A DNA stretch of 33,499 bases from Craspedostauros australis (Eukaryota), in assembly GCA_030167865.1 (NCBI GenBank), contig JALAGF010005877.1:1-33499 (forward strand), written 5' to 3'. Position 1 is the first letter of the stretch. The number at the start of each line of letters is the position of its first letter. Shown here one piece after another: positions 22,994-33,439 of the stretch. The notes below the pieces were generated by a model. That model ran no database searches. It saw nothing but the letters and a program-made list of their open reading frames with translations, and was not told the origin of the DNA. The position numbers and the translations under genes are program-made.

Positions 22994-23700
22994 ATGTGAA
23001 GTGAAGTGAAGTGCCTCTCTCTCCTGATGCTGCGAGACCGTCATAGAACACGACCAAGGTCGAAAGCAAGATCAAGAGCGAAGGAACACAACAGGATACA
23101 CTCTGGGGTCGGCATCCGTCATTCTGCTCCTGTGCTGGCGCAGCCATGGGAACGCAATGGCAAATCTAGACATGACCAACGCGACGTGCGAACGTATCAA
23201 TCCTGCATACGAGTGCGAGGACGAGGACGAGCACTCCCTGCAGAGGTTGCTCCATCTCTAGATCCATCCATCCTTCGCTCTAACCACCCTCATGACCACA
23301 GCAAATATCTGCATGACCGCAGTGCATGGTATCACAGTCTGATTGATGGAACGATGCGCCCAGGCTCCGATGCAATGCAACGGAATGCAATGTGAAGTGA
23401 GGTGAAGTGTCTCTCTGATGACACCCCGGTATTCACAGAACAAGACCAAGATCGAAAGCGAGAATGAGAGTGAGAGCAAAGGCAAGAGCGAAGGAACAGA
23501 CAAGGGCACGGGCTGGAGAAAGCCACTGTCATGTTGATCTGGCGAAGCAACAGCAACGCCATGGCGGCAACGTTTCGCTCATCACAACGCGATGCGAACA
23601 GATCCATCCTGCATACGGAGGTTGGTTCGTGGTTTCTGATACTTCATCTCCAACTCTGAGGGTGGCCCACGCAGACTTCAACCGCAGTCGACATCAGCGC
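22994..23700 (+). repeat. Old non-coding tandem duplication, period ~396 nt
   Basis: atgtgaagtgaagtgaagtg...gaccaaggtcgaaagc...caagagcgaaggaaca...tcctgcatacg (22994-23213) recurs with divergence at 23390-23620. Weaker similarity continues beyond. Confidence 0.75.
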
Positions 23701-24104
23701 CCATTTCAAGGGCATAGGACTACGATGTTCTACTGTATGGTACCCATGTTCCCTCTTGCACCATCAGCTTCATTCTGCGTGATGCTCTGATGAGTTCACG
23801 ATCGCATTGAAACGTCGTTTCTGAGTGAAGCCGAAATTGGCAACAACACGAACAATAGAGCAACATGCATGACATCAAACATGTGCTCTCCAACTCCAAC
23901 AGTCGAAGCCCCTTGCTCTTGGCATTGCCTGAAGGAGAAGCAGGAAGCAAAAGGATCATCATCATCGTCATCATCACCTCTCACAATATCAACAAACTCC
24001 ACTTCGAATCGGAAACTGACAGCAATAGCAAAAGCAACAACAACACATCAGCATCGAATCCCATCGTTCCATCACTCCACAACATACCATACAGCACGAT
24101 AACC

Positions 24105-26687
24105 ATGATAATCCACGCCAAGGCAATCATCACCACCACTCTCCTTGTTGCCTTTGTGGCAGTGGCCGAAGCGCGCCTCAACAGAGATAAGACCACGGAT
24201 GATGCGGATGAAATGCGCTTGGCATTGCAAGCCACTCGCACAATCAAGGCTGCTGTCGGCGTCGGCAACAACAAGGGTGCCAAAACAAACAAGAACGGCA
24301 TTTCCGAACCCTCCGATCCACCATCTCCAATGCCTTCGGCGTCCAAGGAGACTGCAGGTCCAACAACCATGCCCACATGGATTCCAAACGCTCATCCAAC
24401 GGCCGATCCCACACGCTCTCCGACCTCGCCAACATCAAAGCCAACATCTGCTCCAGCCATCTTCGATTCCACCATCGAAGTTGTTTGCAAGCCCGATGGA
24501 ACCACCGCCCTCACACAATATGAAGCCAAACCCAAGATCATCATCTGCAACTCTGCCAAGCCATCATGCCGCGAGGCAGTGGCCGCTGTCAAGAAATCCG
24601 AGCAACTACAGAACTTCTTTGGATGCGCAGGAGACCTTGGCGAAGGAGCTGCACGCAAGCTATTCAACAAGTACGCATCGGACGACATGCTTGCTGGTCA
24701 GTTGGCATTGATCGCTGCCACCAAGCCGCTCCTCGTCACCGAACGACCAGATGCAATGGAGAAGGCGTGCATGACCATCGGAATGGCCCAGTCGCCTCCG
24801 GTCGCAGATCCATGCTGCCAAGGACCCTCAGGATGCACCTCAGTCACTGGTTCCGCCTCCAACTCTCCTCCATTCATGACCATCGCCATCACGGCATGCA
24901 CCGGTGACAGTGCCTGCAAGGACATGGGACCGAACCCTCTCATCCTGGATACTTCCTGCACTGGCGTGAGTGCATGTGAGTTGATGAATGAGAATGAGAT
25001 CAATCCCTTCATCACAGGAGTCACCTTCGTTGGCGAGATGGCATGCACCACCCCTCAATCTTGTGAGGGAGTGGGACGCCGCTCCCATGGTGATGTCACC
25101 ATCCAGACCGGCGCATGCATCGGATCAGAGGCATGCAATTCCACTGGACGCCGAGTTGTGCAGAAGGCACCATCCTTCCGCTTCCGCAGCCATATCGCCA
25201 TCGGTGAGAATGCGTGCGTTGGCAGTAATGCCTGCAAGGAAGCCCATTCCACTGTCAACCATGGTGCTGCTGGCAAGTATGCAGGAAGCCTGAGCATTGG
25301 TGATGGTGGTTGTGCTGATGAAGGCTCATGTGAGAAGCTTGGCTTGAATGACAGGATGAGAACCAACATCATCGTTCCTCCTGGTGGATGTGGCCGTGCC
25401 AAAGGCTGCAGGGGATGCATGACGAAGACGGAGTGCGACTCCGATGAAGTCTACATTATCAGCGATGTTGATGGAGCCTGTCCAAAGGGAGGCAGCAGCT
25501 CTGGTGGCAATCCTACTGGTGACAAGGTGGAGGAGTTCTGTATTGGCAAGGACACTTTGCCCACAGAGTGTCCAACCTTTTCCCCCACCCCTTTCCCCAC
25601 ACCTGTTACATTACCTCCCACATCGGCCCCAACGTCGGCTCCAACTCTTCCCCCAGCATCCTTCACCGTAGGATGTCTCTCAACACCAGGTACCGAAACA
25701 TCAACATTCAATTCCATCGATGGTGACATATTGTGCGATGGTGCTACAGGCACATGCGCGGACTTCGTTGCTGCGGTCGACACCCTCGGTGACAAGGGCA
25801 AGATGGTCAAGAGCATCTTTGGATGCAATGATGAAGACCCTCCACGGCCTGTGACATTGGATGTGGCACAGGAACGCTTTGATAAGATCAAGAACGAAGA
25901 AAGTGTGACCAAAGCATTGTTGGCGATCGTGAACGAGGACAAGGAGCTCTTCACTGGTAGCGCGACTGCGGTGACGAAGGCATGCGGTGTGGAATGCTGC
26001 CGTGGCAAAAATGCTTGTACTGTTGACTCTGTTGATGGCGGTGTCATGACGGTGAGCTCAGGGTCATGTATGGGAGCTCGCGCATGCAAACACACACGTC
26101 CCAACACAATCATGCTTGACAGTTGCAAGGGCACAAGATCTTGCTTGCGAGTGGGAAATTTCAGACCAAATCAGCCAGTTGCTGGTGTCGAAGCCGGATT
26201 CAGGGTGATCGGACCAAGAGCTTGTCTTGCAGACCTGAGTTGCAATAGTCTTGGAGTCAATGCCTTTGGCGATATACGAATAGAAGAAGGAGCATGCGAT
26301 GCAAACAGTACATGTACTGGCATTGCGAGGCGTCGCAACCAAGGATCTACAACCACGAAACCGGTCGTGGCAAGTGTCTTCGTCGGAAAGAATGCATGCC
26401 AAGGGGGTTCCGCTTGTCGGCATTTGCATCGCTCCATACAAAAATTTGCAGGCGGCGTAATCATCGAAGCCGGTGCCTGCTCGGGTGCAAGCACGTGCCA
26501 AGATCTTGGGGAAAATGCCAACGCAACCAACGACATCATCGTCAGAGCAGGTGTCTGCACAACAGGCGCCACCTGCGCCGACTGCGCCCAAGCGTCATTG
26601 TGTAATATAAACACAGAAACGTACGTAATCGACAATGCAGGCATGGATTGCCCTGGACCAGAGCCATCTGCCTGTAAACAACTCTAA
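24105..26687 (+). CDS. Secreted Cys-rich repeat protein with Pro/Thr/Ser linkers and two duplicated modules, ~860 aa
   Basis: Signal peptide MIIHAKAIITTTLLVAFVAVAEA|R. Two PTxxP-rich linkers, each followed by a ~110-aa domain (IxC...C...VAAV...FGC...KAC) and eight CxxxxxC repeats. No TM helix or GPI-like tail seen. Confidence 0.88.
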   Translation: MIIHAKAIITTTLLVAFVAVAEARLNRDKTTDDADEMRLALQATRTIKAAVGVGNNKGAKTNKNGISEPSDPPSPMPSASKETAGPTTMPTWIPNAHPTADPTRSPTSPTSKPTSAPAIFDSTIEVVCKPDGTTALTQYEAKPKIIICNSAKPSCREAVAAVKKSEQLQNFFGCAGDLGEGAARKLFNKYASDDMLAGQLALIAATKPLLVTERPDAMEKACMTIGMAQSPPVADPCCQGPSGCTSVTGSASNSPPFMTIAITACTGDSACKDMGPNPLILDTSCTGVSACELMNENEINPFITGVTFVGEMACTTPQSCEGVGRRSHGDVTIQTGACIGSEACNSTGRRVVQKAPSFRFRSHIAIGENACVGSNACKEAHSTVNHGAAGKYAGSLSIGDGGCADEGSCEKLGLNDRMRTNIIVPPGGCGRAKGCRGCMTKTECDSDEVYIISDVDGACPKGGSSSGGNPTGDKVEEFCIGKDTLPTECPTFSPTPFPTPVTLPPTSAPTSAPTLPPASFTVGCLSTPGTETSTFNSIDGDILCDGATGTCADFVAAVDTLGDKGKMVKSIFGCNDEDPPRPVTLDVAQERFDKIKNEESVTKALLAIVNEDKELFTGSATAVTKACGVECCRGKNACTVDSVDGGVMTVSSGSCMGARACKHTRPNTIMLDSCKGTRSCLRVGNFRPNQPVAGVEAGFRVIGPRACLADLSCNSLGVNAFGDIRIEEGACDANSTCTGIARRRNQGSTTTKPVVASVFVGKNACQGGSACRHLHRSIQKFAGGVIIEAGACSGASTCQDLGENANATNDIIVRAGVCTTGATCADCAQASLCNINTETYVIDNAGMDCPGPEPSACKQL

Positions 26688-26776
26688 TCATAACATACAC
26701 AGCCACACATACTAGCATGCTCTAGCTCATACTCTACCACCATTTTCCTAATTTGTGCTGGCAAAGCAGAGCACTC

Positions 26777-27797
26777 TGTGACGACACTGTAAACTCTAGC
26801 TTTGCTTGTGTCTTCTACACTATCTCAGTCACTAATCGAGTCAAGGATACTGTCTTGGTGCCAAATGTCTCTTTGCTGTTGCTGTTGCTGCTGTTGCTTG
26901 TTGGAAATCTGGGGTAACCCAGTCTCTAGTATAGTATCTGATTACCTATTCTAATAGAGCCCAAACGTAATGGCTGTTGTCTTGTTGGCTGTTGATAGCT
27001 GTGGGCAGAGGCTTGATTGGCAAGCAGTCCGAACGTGAGTCTTCTGGATCACAAGTAGTCAATTGAGAATACTGATGATGGGTGAAGAAACGTGCGGATT
27101 ATGAGATTAGTGCAGTGATTCTTGTTGGTGTGACACCCTGGGTGGGTTGCCCTGGAAAAGGGTCGTAGGGTTTGTGTAGCCCAAGTACCACAGGAGGGGG
27201 CCCTTTCGTTGGGTTGCTGTCAGAAAAGGGGCTGTAGGGTTTGCGTAGCTCCAGTACCATGGGAGAGTTTCCTTCATGGAGTTGGAAGCTGGGCAAAGGT
27301 CATCTCACGTGTACTCCCACGTGGAACCGTACTGTCAATCCAGCAGTCTTGTATTGGCATCAAGTTTTCGATGGGGAGGGGTCCTGGTGACCTGGGTCAT
27401 CGGAACCCTCTGATTTCCTTGACACGGGTTCCAAAGATCTGCTTCAATGATCTGGATCTGTCCCCAAACGTGGTTGCTGATGGGACATGGGTTCGATCTA
27501 CTGGACTGCCATCTAGTCAGATGATTTGAAGTGGCTCCCACTGAGGTAGTTACTAGTTTAGCTCTATTATATGTATCATATACGGAGTACGTATCGAGTA
27601 CAGAATATCGCATGATACCAGCACACAACATCAAGAGAGAGAGAGAGAGAGAATACGAGCAACAGCGAGAGAGCATCTTGTGTGCCGACTCATAGTCAGG
27701 CAGACCAACGGAAGACTCCGAGAGCATCAGACCAACAACAGAGACTCCAAGAGCATCGGATTAGCAACGTAATGAAATAGCAATTGAAACCGTAACA
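26777..27797. mobile_element. Putative solo LTR / LTR-like insertion (~1.02 kb)
   Basis: Ends TGTGACG...CGTAACA (imperfect 7-bp inverted termini, TG...CA). Non-coding and visibly CpG-poorer than flanking genes. Internal direct repeats of 67-nt period (27143-27265) and ~28 nt (27701-27756). Flanks (cactc / accaa) do not form a TSD. Confidence 0.45.
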
Positions 27798-28320
27798 ACC
27801 AACACCGTCTTCCACGATCCCAAGCTATCCGCGTGCGGAACATGCCAACACACATGTGCCAAATTTGTCAGCAAATTCCTCATTAGGGATATGTGCTTGG
27901 TTTGGAAATCGGAGACAAAAAGTCAGGAGGTCCATTTCAAATGGTTGGTCAACTCACTGATCGGGCTCATAGTGACACGACTGAGAATGACCAAATTGAA
28001 ACTAGACGAACCTTCATGTAGTGTGTCCTTCTACGTTTCTGTGAACGCTGTGTTGCGCGACTCTCAACAATGAGAACGCTTCTCTTTCATCAATTCGCAT
28101 TCTGTTGGTTTCGAAGAAGTACAGACGCCATATCATGTCATTAAACCACAACACAAACACAACGCAGAAAGCACAAGCGAAGAAGATCCAACAACCACTG
28201 GCGCACCAACAACAAGGACAAACATGCCAACCAGATCGACCACAACAACGAAGCCCTCTTGGAGGCCACAATCTCGAAAGATCACAAAGAAGCACAACCA
28301 TCATAACCAGGATCACCAAC

Positions 28321-28971
28321 ATGAAGAGTCCACAAGCCACATTCGCCATCTTCTCCTCGTTGCTCGTGCTCGCTTCGGTGCATGGCTTCCAGCCCAATCC
28401 CATCATAGCCCCAGCTTTGTCCATTGCGCGCAAGTCTTCGCAGCAAGCCAGCCGCCTCAACAAAAGCAGCCGTCTCAATGTGTTCGGACGCTTCGGCAAG
28501 AAGGAGGAACAGGCCGTGATCAAGGAGATCGTCGATCCATCCTACAACCTCGCACTGGGGTCGCTGGTGCTCGGAGTGCTCAGCGCCCAGCTGGTCGTCG
28601 GCGTCGGTGCCGTGCTGATCCTCTTCGCTGCCTTCCTCGCGTTCCAAACCACGAACCTGCGATTCACATTTGACAACACCTCCTTCTCGTTGGTCAAGGA
28701 GGACACGGAGGAATCCCGCGAGAACATCGTCGTGGGCGGCGCCAATAGCTGGAAGTACAACTCGATCGTCAACTGGGACTTCTTGCCATCGAAGGAGTTC
28801 CCCATCCTGATCTACTTCAAGGAGGTCCAAACGCCGACCGATGACCGCAACAACGCTCCCATCATCGTGGATGACCTGGATGGTCAGGTCCACTTCTTTC
28901 CAGCCATCGCCAACACGAAGCAGCTGGAGGAAGGGTTCACGAAGTACAACTGCGAGAAGGTCGAGAAATAA
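28321..28971 (+). CDS. DUF3119 family membrane protein, plastid-targeted, 216 aa
   Basis: Signal peptide ending VHG|FQP (ASAFAP-like) followed by an S/R/K-rich transit peptide. Two hydrophobic helices, then LAFQTTNLRFTFD, ENIVVGGANSW, IVNWDF, PILIYFKEVQT, QVHFFP as recalled for DUF3119. Confidence 0.88.
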   Translation: MKSPQATFAIFSSLLVLASVHGFQPNPIIAPALSIARKSSQQASRLNKSSRLNVFGRFGKKEEQAVIKEIVDPSYNLALGSLVLGVLSAQLVVGVGAVLILFAAFLAFQTTNLRFTFDNTSFSLVKEDTEESRENIVVGGANSWKYNSIVNWDFLPSKEFPILIYFKEVQTPTDDRNNAPIIVDDLDGQVHFFPAIANTKQLEEGFTKYNCEKVEK

Positions 28972-29365
28972 GCAGCAGGTGTGTCGCCATAATGTCTATT
29001 TCGAGTCATCTGCCGAAGATGTCCAAGGTCGGGGTGCATGCTTGGATTGGTAGGCAGGATAGTACTCTCTCACGTTCCGCAGACTGTGGCAAACCACGAA
29101 CGCCCCGCTCGTCGAGAAAACCGATACCCTTGTATCAAATCTAAACCACCAAACGTTCGCTGGAAGACGAAAGAAGCTCTTTCGGAACACTGTCTAATTC
29201 GTGTTGTACAACTCATTATCCCAAGCGTGAAATCGCTGCGTTCTCCCCAGCACCTGGCTTGGCTTGAGAGCGTACCTGTTCGTACTAGTAACAACAACAC
29301 CACAATCGTGTTCAGCCACGGAGGATTCATACAAACAAGTTCTGATGATCGTATTCGTGGTCTAT

Positions 29366-32300
29366 CTATGACATGTCTGTCAGCACAGACAAGTCATCGT
29401 CAACCACGCGATCTTCACCTGATCGGGTGTTGCTCGTGTTGAGACTCTTACTGTTGCCATTGCTCCCAGTCCCCGCGCCTTCGCTCATACAAGTCCTCTC
29501 CGCGTTGTCCCCTGAGACGATGCCCGAAGCTGGCTTCGTCAACATGTTGGCTGGGGTATGTTCCGACATCAGATCATAGTTGATGCTAGGTTGATTGTGT
29601 TGACTTTGAGATTGATTCCCGAAAACGGAAGGATTGGCTTGGACCGGAAGGGCATTCTTCTTCTTGATCGCTTGCACTTCGTCTTCATCGATGTATTTCG
29701 CATACATCTCACGGAAGCTCTTGTATTTGGGGATGGAGCCCCAGGTTTCGTAGAACCCTAGTGCTCGTGCGAAGTGACGATTGCCGAGAATATCGCCACC
29801 ACGTTTGGGGTCTGTGTCGTGGACCTCCAAGAAGTATCGTCCTGCCATTTCACAAGCGAGTCCTGCCTCATCAAGATGATTTCCATCTTCGGCACTCTTG
29901 ATGGCTTCGGTGTAGCATGATGCAACAAGGCCTGGTTGCTTGGTTCCTATCTTGATCGCTTTCCATTCTGCGCGGAGAATCAGGTACCGACGAAATGCTT
30001 GCTTGCCTCTCGTGTTACATATCTTCTTGAGCTCGCGTTTCTTTTGATGGAGCAACTTGACGTACTTTCGCTTTCTCGTTTGGCGATACCTGTTGGCAGC
30101 CATCAACCCACTGAGCATCGCAAATGAGGTGGTATGCGAATAAGTAGGATCAGTAGGGCCGTGTCTGGTGAGCAGACGATAAAACGTCTCCGCATCTTCA
30201 TACTTCCCAAAGTACACCGCGATGTGAAGTCGACCCCAATAGGCACATCCGCTCGCAAAACTATAACCCTGTTCGCATTTGTCCAGGTCCATCAGCTGCT
30301 CCCATTCCCATTCGAGAGTCCCCCTCATGTATTTGTACGTATTGGAAAGTTCAATGACCGCCCCCCGCCATGACTCGACCTTGTACATTTTCATGTGCTC
30401 CAGTAAAGAGTCAGATGCTGACACGATGCCAGGCAAAGGATACCCTTCAAAGAATGCACCAGCCAAGTTGCCGTTCTGACACAGTACACCAAGCTCGAAA
30501 TCTCCGACTGCCATGGCCGATGTGTGAGCATATTGCAGATCTCGTGACACCTCTGGAAATGGTTTGGAATATGACTCGATGTAAGATGCAATCGAGTAAT
30601 AATTCCAGCCACCAATCTTTGTGGACCCTCCCACGGCGTGTAGAACCTTTTTTGCCAATTTGGCATATCGATGAGCGTTATTACATTCGCCAAGTGCCAC
30701 ATGCACCATTGCGAATGCAACCAGAGCGGAGGCCAAGTACTCACAGATGCCTTCTCGCCTCGTGATGCGGATCATTTGCAGTGGCATCAGAATCCATGTG
30801 ACGATGTCACGGCACACAAATGCCCGAACGATGATTTGCCTCAGGAAATTCATCGACAACACCGTCTGTGGATTCGTCGTCACATGATTCTGTCGCATGA
30901 ACTCTTCATCGGTGGTTCTCCGAAAGTAGGCCCTTGTAGAGAGCAGCTGAGACGCTGCGTGGAAGGTAAGCCAGCGCGTGGGGCATACCCCGCACAACCG
31001 CGCTCCCTGTTGACTCAGCTGCAGGCTCTTCATGTGCTGATCTTGCTTGCCAAGTGCATTGGACATGGCAGCGTACGTGGGAAGCTTGTCATGAATGGAT
31101 TTGGCATGCTCGAGCAGATCATCGCCCAGCGAATATCCCAAATCGAATCGATTCAGCGACAGCTCGATGTCGCATCGAGCGCGCATCAATCGCAGGGTCA
31201 AGTCGTAGTGTTCGTGCCATGGATCACCCCGCGTCTTTCGAAGTGACACGTTGGCTTGCTGAAGGTATGTCGCGGCTGGTATCAGCGCAGCCATTTGGAG
31301 TGCATGCTCGCCGACCTGGAGGTTCCGTTGAGCCGACATCAGGTGGTCTTTGCTTGGGATGCAGTTGAGATGCTCGGCTGCGATGAAGAGGAGGCCGCTG
31401 TCATTGGCGATGACGATTCCGTCCGACGGATGGGTCTGGGTATGCGTGCGTTGACCTGGGGGCGTACTTTCTGAGAGTTCGCTTGGTACAGTGTCCATGC
31501 AAAGATCCCACAGGCATTGGCCAATCCGCAGGCGGAGCTTTGTGCGGGTTTCTCCAAATGGCACCAGATCATGAGCTGCCTGCTGAATGCGGTCATGAGC
31601 GAAGCGGTAAGTTGTTCCGCCGATGGAGTTGGCCAGTAGGCCTTCCAGAACTGCTTGCTCCAGCCACTCCACAAGCGGTGTGTCGGAATCGTCATCGTCG
31701 TTGATGTTGTTGTTGTTTTCTGCACCGTGGCTTGAGTTTCCGCCAAGGATTTCATTGTCCGGTACATTGCTCCGTTGTTCGTTGTTCCATACGGCTTGCA
31801 GAAGGTCCAGTTCAAACGATGATCGAATGTACGACGCCAGCACGAGAGCCCTCTGCAACGAAACCGGAAGAGCTCGCAGCTTGGATGATATCAGCATGAT
31901 CACATCACTCGATCTCTTGCTGCTTGTGTGATCCAGCTCCCTTACCGCGTGGCCGCTGTGTTGATGTGATGCCATCATGGATGTATTGAGTTCCCATTGG
32001 AATGTGATGCGGCTGTACGTCAATGCCTTCGTGCGTTCCATGTCCTGCAGCAGTTGAACTGAGTAGAAGATGTTGCCTTCGCTCTGCCTGTACAGCACCT
32101 TGACTGTATTGTCGACGACATCATCGTCCTGCTGGAAGAGATGTGACACCCATTCTCGCAGTTCCTGTCTCGTGAAGTTGCGGAGGTCGATGTTGACGAA
32201 TGGGGTTGATGGCTCATCACTGATGGGATCGTTGCCATGTTCGTTGTTGCCATGTTCGTTGCTGCCATGTTCGTTGCTGCCATGTTCCTTCGATGGTGAC

Positions 32301-33439
32301 GTTGCTGCGGCTACAGAGGACTCCTCCACATCCGCGAGGAACTTTGCAAATAGCAGATGGGGTTCCAACTCCAACACTTCGTCGGACAGATGCGGGTTGG
32401 GCACCTGGCGGATGGTCCCGATCAACAGGAAATGGGACTGATGGATTGCCGTTGACATCAAGTCCATGCACTCCTGTGATGTCCACTGTAAGTCATCCAG
32501 CACCAGCACCATTGGACATTGCTTGGAGGAGATGAGAGTCAGGAACTGGATGAAGGTGTATTGGAAACGATTCCAAGACTTGTCCGTGTTGGAGATATGT
32601 GCCGGCTGTGACTGTGATTGCTGCTGCTTTGGTTGCCTGAACGAAGATGCAATGGAGGTGGCATCATTGTCATCCTCGCTCATGAGAATTGAGAGTGCTG
32701 GAACGAACGTATGGAGGAGATCCACTTGCTCGGTCGTCAGCGATCCTGTCTTGATGATGGATCGAAGCCTCTGCAGTTCTGATATCGTGGCTGGAGGCCT
32801 CCCACCATTCGATTTGATGGCGTCGACGTTGCCTCCATCCTTCGATGTGGCCATCTCCTTACACCAATCCGACAGTGCCTGGGTGATGGCTGAGAAGGGG
32901 TTGCCTTGTTGATTCTCTTCGAACTTGCCCTTCAGCACACGGACACCTGCTCGGTCCTTCTTTCTTCTGCGTTCTATCACCTGATCGCAAAACACATCCA
33001 CGAGCTTGGACTTCCCTGATCCGCTGCTGCCCCAAACGAATACAGCCGGGAGGAATGCACCATCCGCGGCAACCTCCGACGACGATGACGCCAAAGTCGC
33101 TGCCCCCTTTGCATGGGTCGCCTTGCTGGTCCCACGTGATTTGCTGTGATGCATCATTCGATCAAACACTTGATGCAGCGTCTGCAGCTCCTTCTCTCTC
33201 CCGAAGAAGTCATCTTTGGTATCTCCATCCGTGCCCGACGCGGCAAACAGCGTGTGGGGCAGCTCCGTCTCCAGCTCGACCTCGTTGTACCCATCGTCAT
33301 AGAAGTCATTGCCAGAAGTGAGGACTGTGTCATGCAGAAGCGAAGCCGCCGCTTTCACGGGCGACTGCTGCATCAAAGGTTGGTCGTCAAAGTGCGCAGG
33401 TGCAGCAACTGGAGTTGCGGCGGTGGGGTTGGACGTCAT
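29366..33439 (-). CDS. STAND-class P-loop ATPase (AAA_16, COG3899-like) with long helical/TPR-like C-terminal region, 1357 aa
   Basis: FFGREKELQTL, Walker A GSSGSGKS (33031-33008), GKFE...PFSAI, Walker B LVLDDLQW, SEGNIFY and YRFAHDRIQQAA. Intronless. Confidence 0.9.
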   Translation of the reverse strand: MTSNPTAATPVAAPAHFDDQPLMQQSPVKAAASLLHDTVLTSGNDFYDDGYNEVELETELPHTLFAASGTDGDTKDDFFGREKELQTLHQVFDRMMHHSKSRGTSKATHAKGAATLASSSSEVAADGAFLPAVFVWGSSGSGKSKLVDVFCDQVIERRRKKDRAGVRVLKGKFEENQQGNPFSAITQALSDWCKEMATSKDGGNVDAIKSNGGRPPATISELQRLRSIIKTGSLTTEQVDLLHTFVPALSILMSEDDNDATSIASSFRQPKQQQSQSQPAHISNTDKSWNRFQYTFIQFLTLISSKQCPMVLVLDDLQWTSQECMDLMSTAIHQSHFLLIGTIRQVPNPHLSDEVLELEPHLLFAKFLADVEESSVAAATSPSKEHGSNEHGSNEHGNNEHGNDPISDEPSTPFVNIDLRNFTRQELREWVSHLFQQDDDVVDNTVKVLYRQSEGNIFYSVQLLQDMERTKALTYSRITFQWELNTSMMASHQHSGHAVRELDHTSSKRSSDVIMLISSKLRALPVSLQRALVLASYIRSSFELDLLQAVWNNEQRSNVPDNEILGGNSSHGAENNNNINDDDDSDTPLVEWLEQAVLEGLLANSIGGTTYRFAHDRIQQAAHDLVPFGETRTKLRLRIGQCLWDLCMDTVPSELSESTPPGQRTHTQTHPSDGIVIANDSGLLFIAAEHLNCIPSKDHLMSAQRNLQVGEHALQMAALIPAATYLQQANVSLRKTRGDPWHEHYDLTLRLMRARCDIELSLNRFDLGYSLGDDLLEHAKSIHDKLPTYAAMSNALGKQDQHMKSLQLSQQGARLCGVCPTRWLTFHAASQLLSTRAYFRRTTDEEFMRQNHVTTNPQTVLSMNFLRQIIVRAFVCRDIVTWILMPLQMIRITRREGICEYLASALVAFAMVHVALGECNNAHRYAKLAKKVLHAVGGSTKIGGWNYYSIASYIESYSKPFPEVSRDLQYAHTSAMAVGDFELGVLCQNGNLAGAFFEGYPLPGIVSASDSLLEHMKMYKVESWRGAVIELSNTYKYMRGTLEWEWEQLMDLDKCEQGYSFASGCAYWGRLHIAVYFGKYEDAETFYRLLTRHGPTDPTYSHTTSFAMLSGLMAANRYRQTRKRKYVKLLHQKKRELKKICNTRGKQAFRRYLILRAEWKAIKIGTKQPGLVASCYTEAIKSAEDGNHLDEAGLACEMAGRYFLEVHDTDPKRGGDILGNRHFARALGFYETWGSIPKYKSFREMYAKYIDEDEVQAIKKKNALPVQANPSVFGNQSQSQHNQPSINYDLMSEHTPANMLTKPASGIVSGDNAERTCMSEGAGTGSNGNSKSLNTSNTRSGEDRVVDDDLSVLTDMS
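32231..32287 (-). repeat. Coding 15-nt tandem repeat (EHGSN-like x4) inside the ATPase domain
   Basis: EHGSNEHGSNEHGNNEHGND; gccatgttcgtt units are visible on the + strand. Confidence 0.9.

Noticed and set aside
23865..24104. ORF-track start at 23865 (likewise 28105 for the DUF3119 gene)
   Set aside because: Signal peptides begin at ATG 24105 and ATG 28321. The upstream in-frame stretches are C/A-rich leaders.
24800..26600. Antifreeze (ice-binding) function of the Cys repeats
   Set aside because: Cx5C spacing is shared, but there is no regular Thr-x-Thr array and repeat lengths are irregular.
27613..27620. TGGTATCA (minus strand) as a tRNA-Met primer-binding site
   Set aside because: Only 8 nt match, not preceded by an LTR-ending CA, and internal to the putative LTR.
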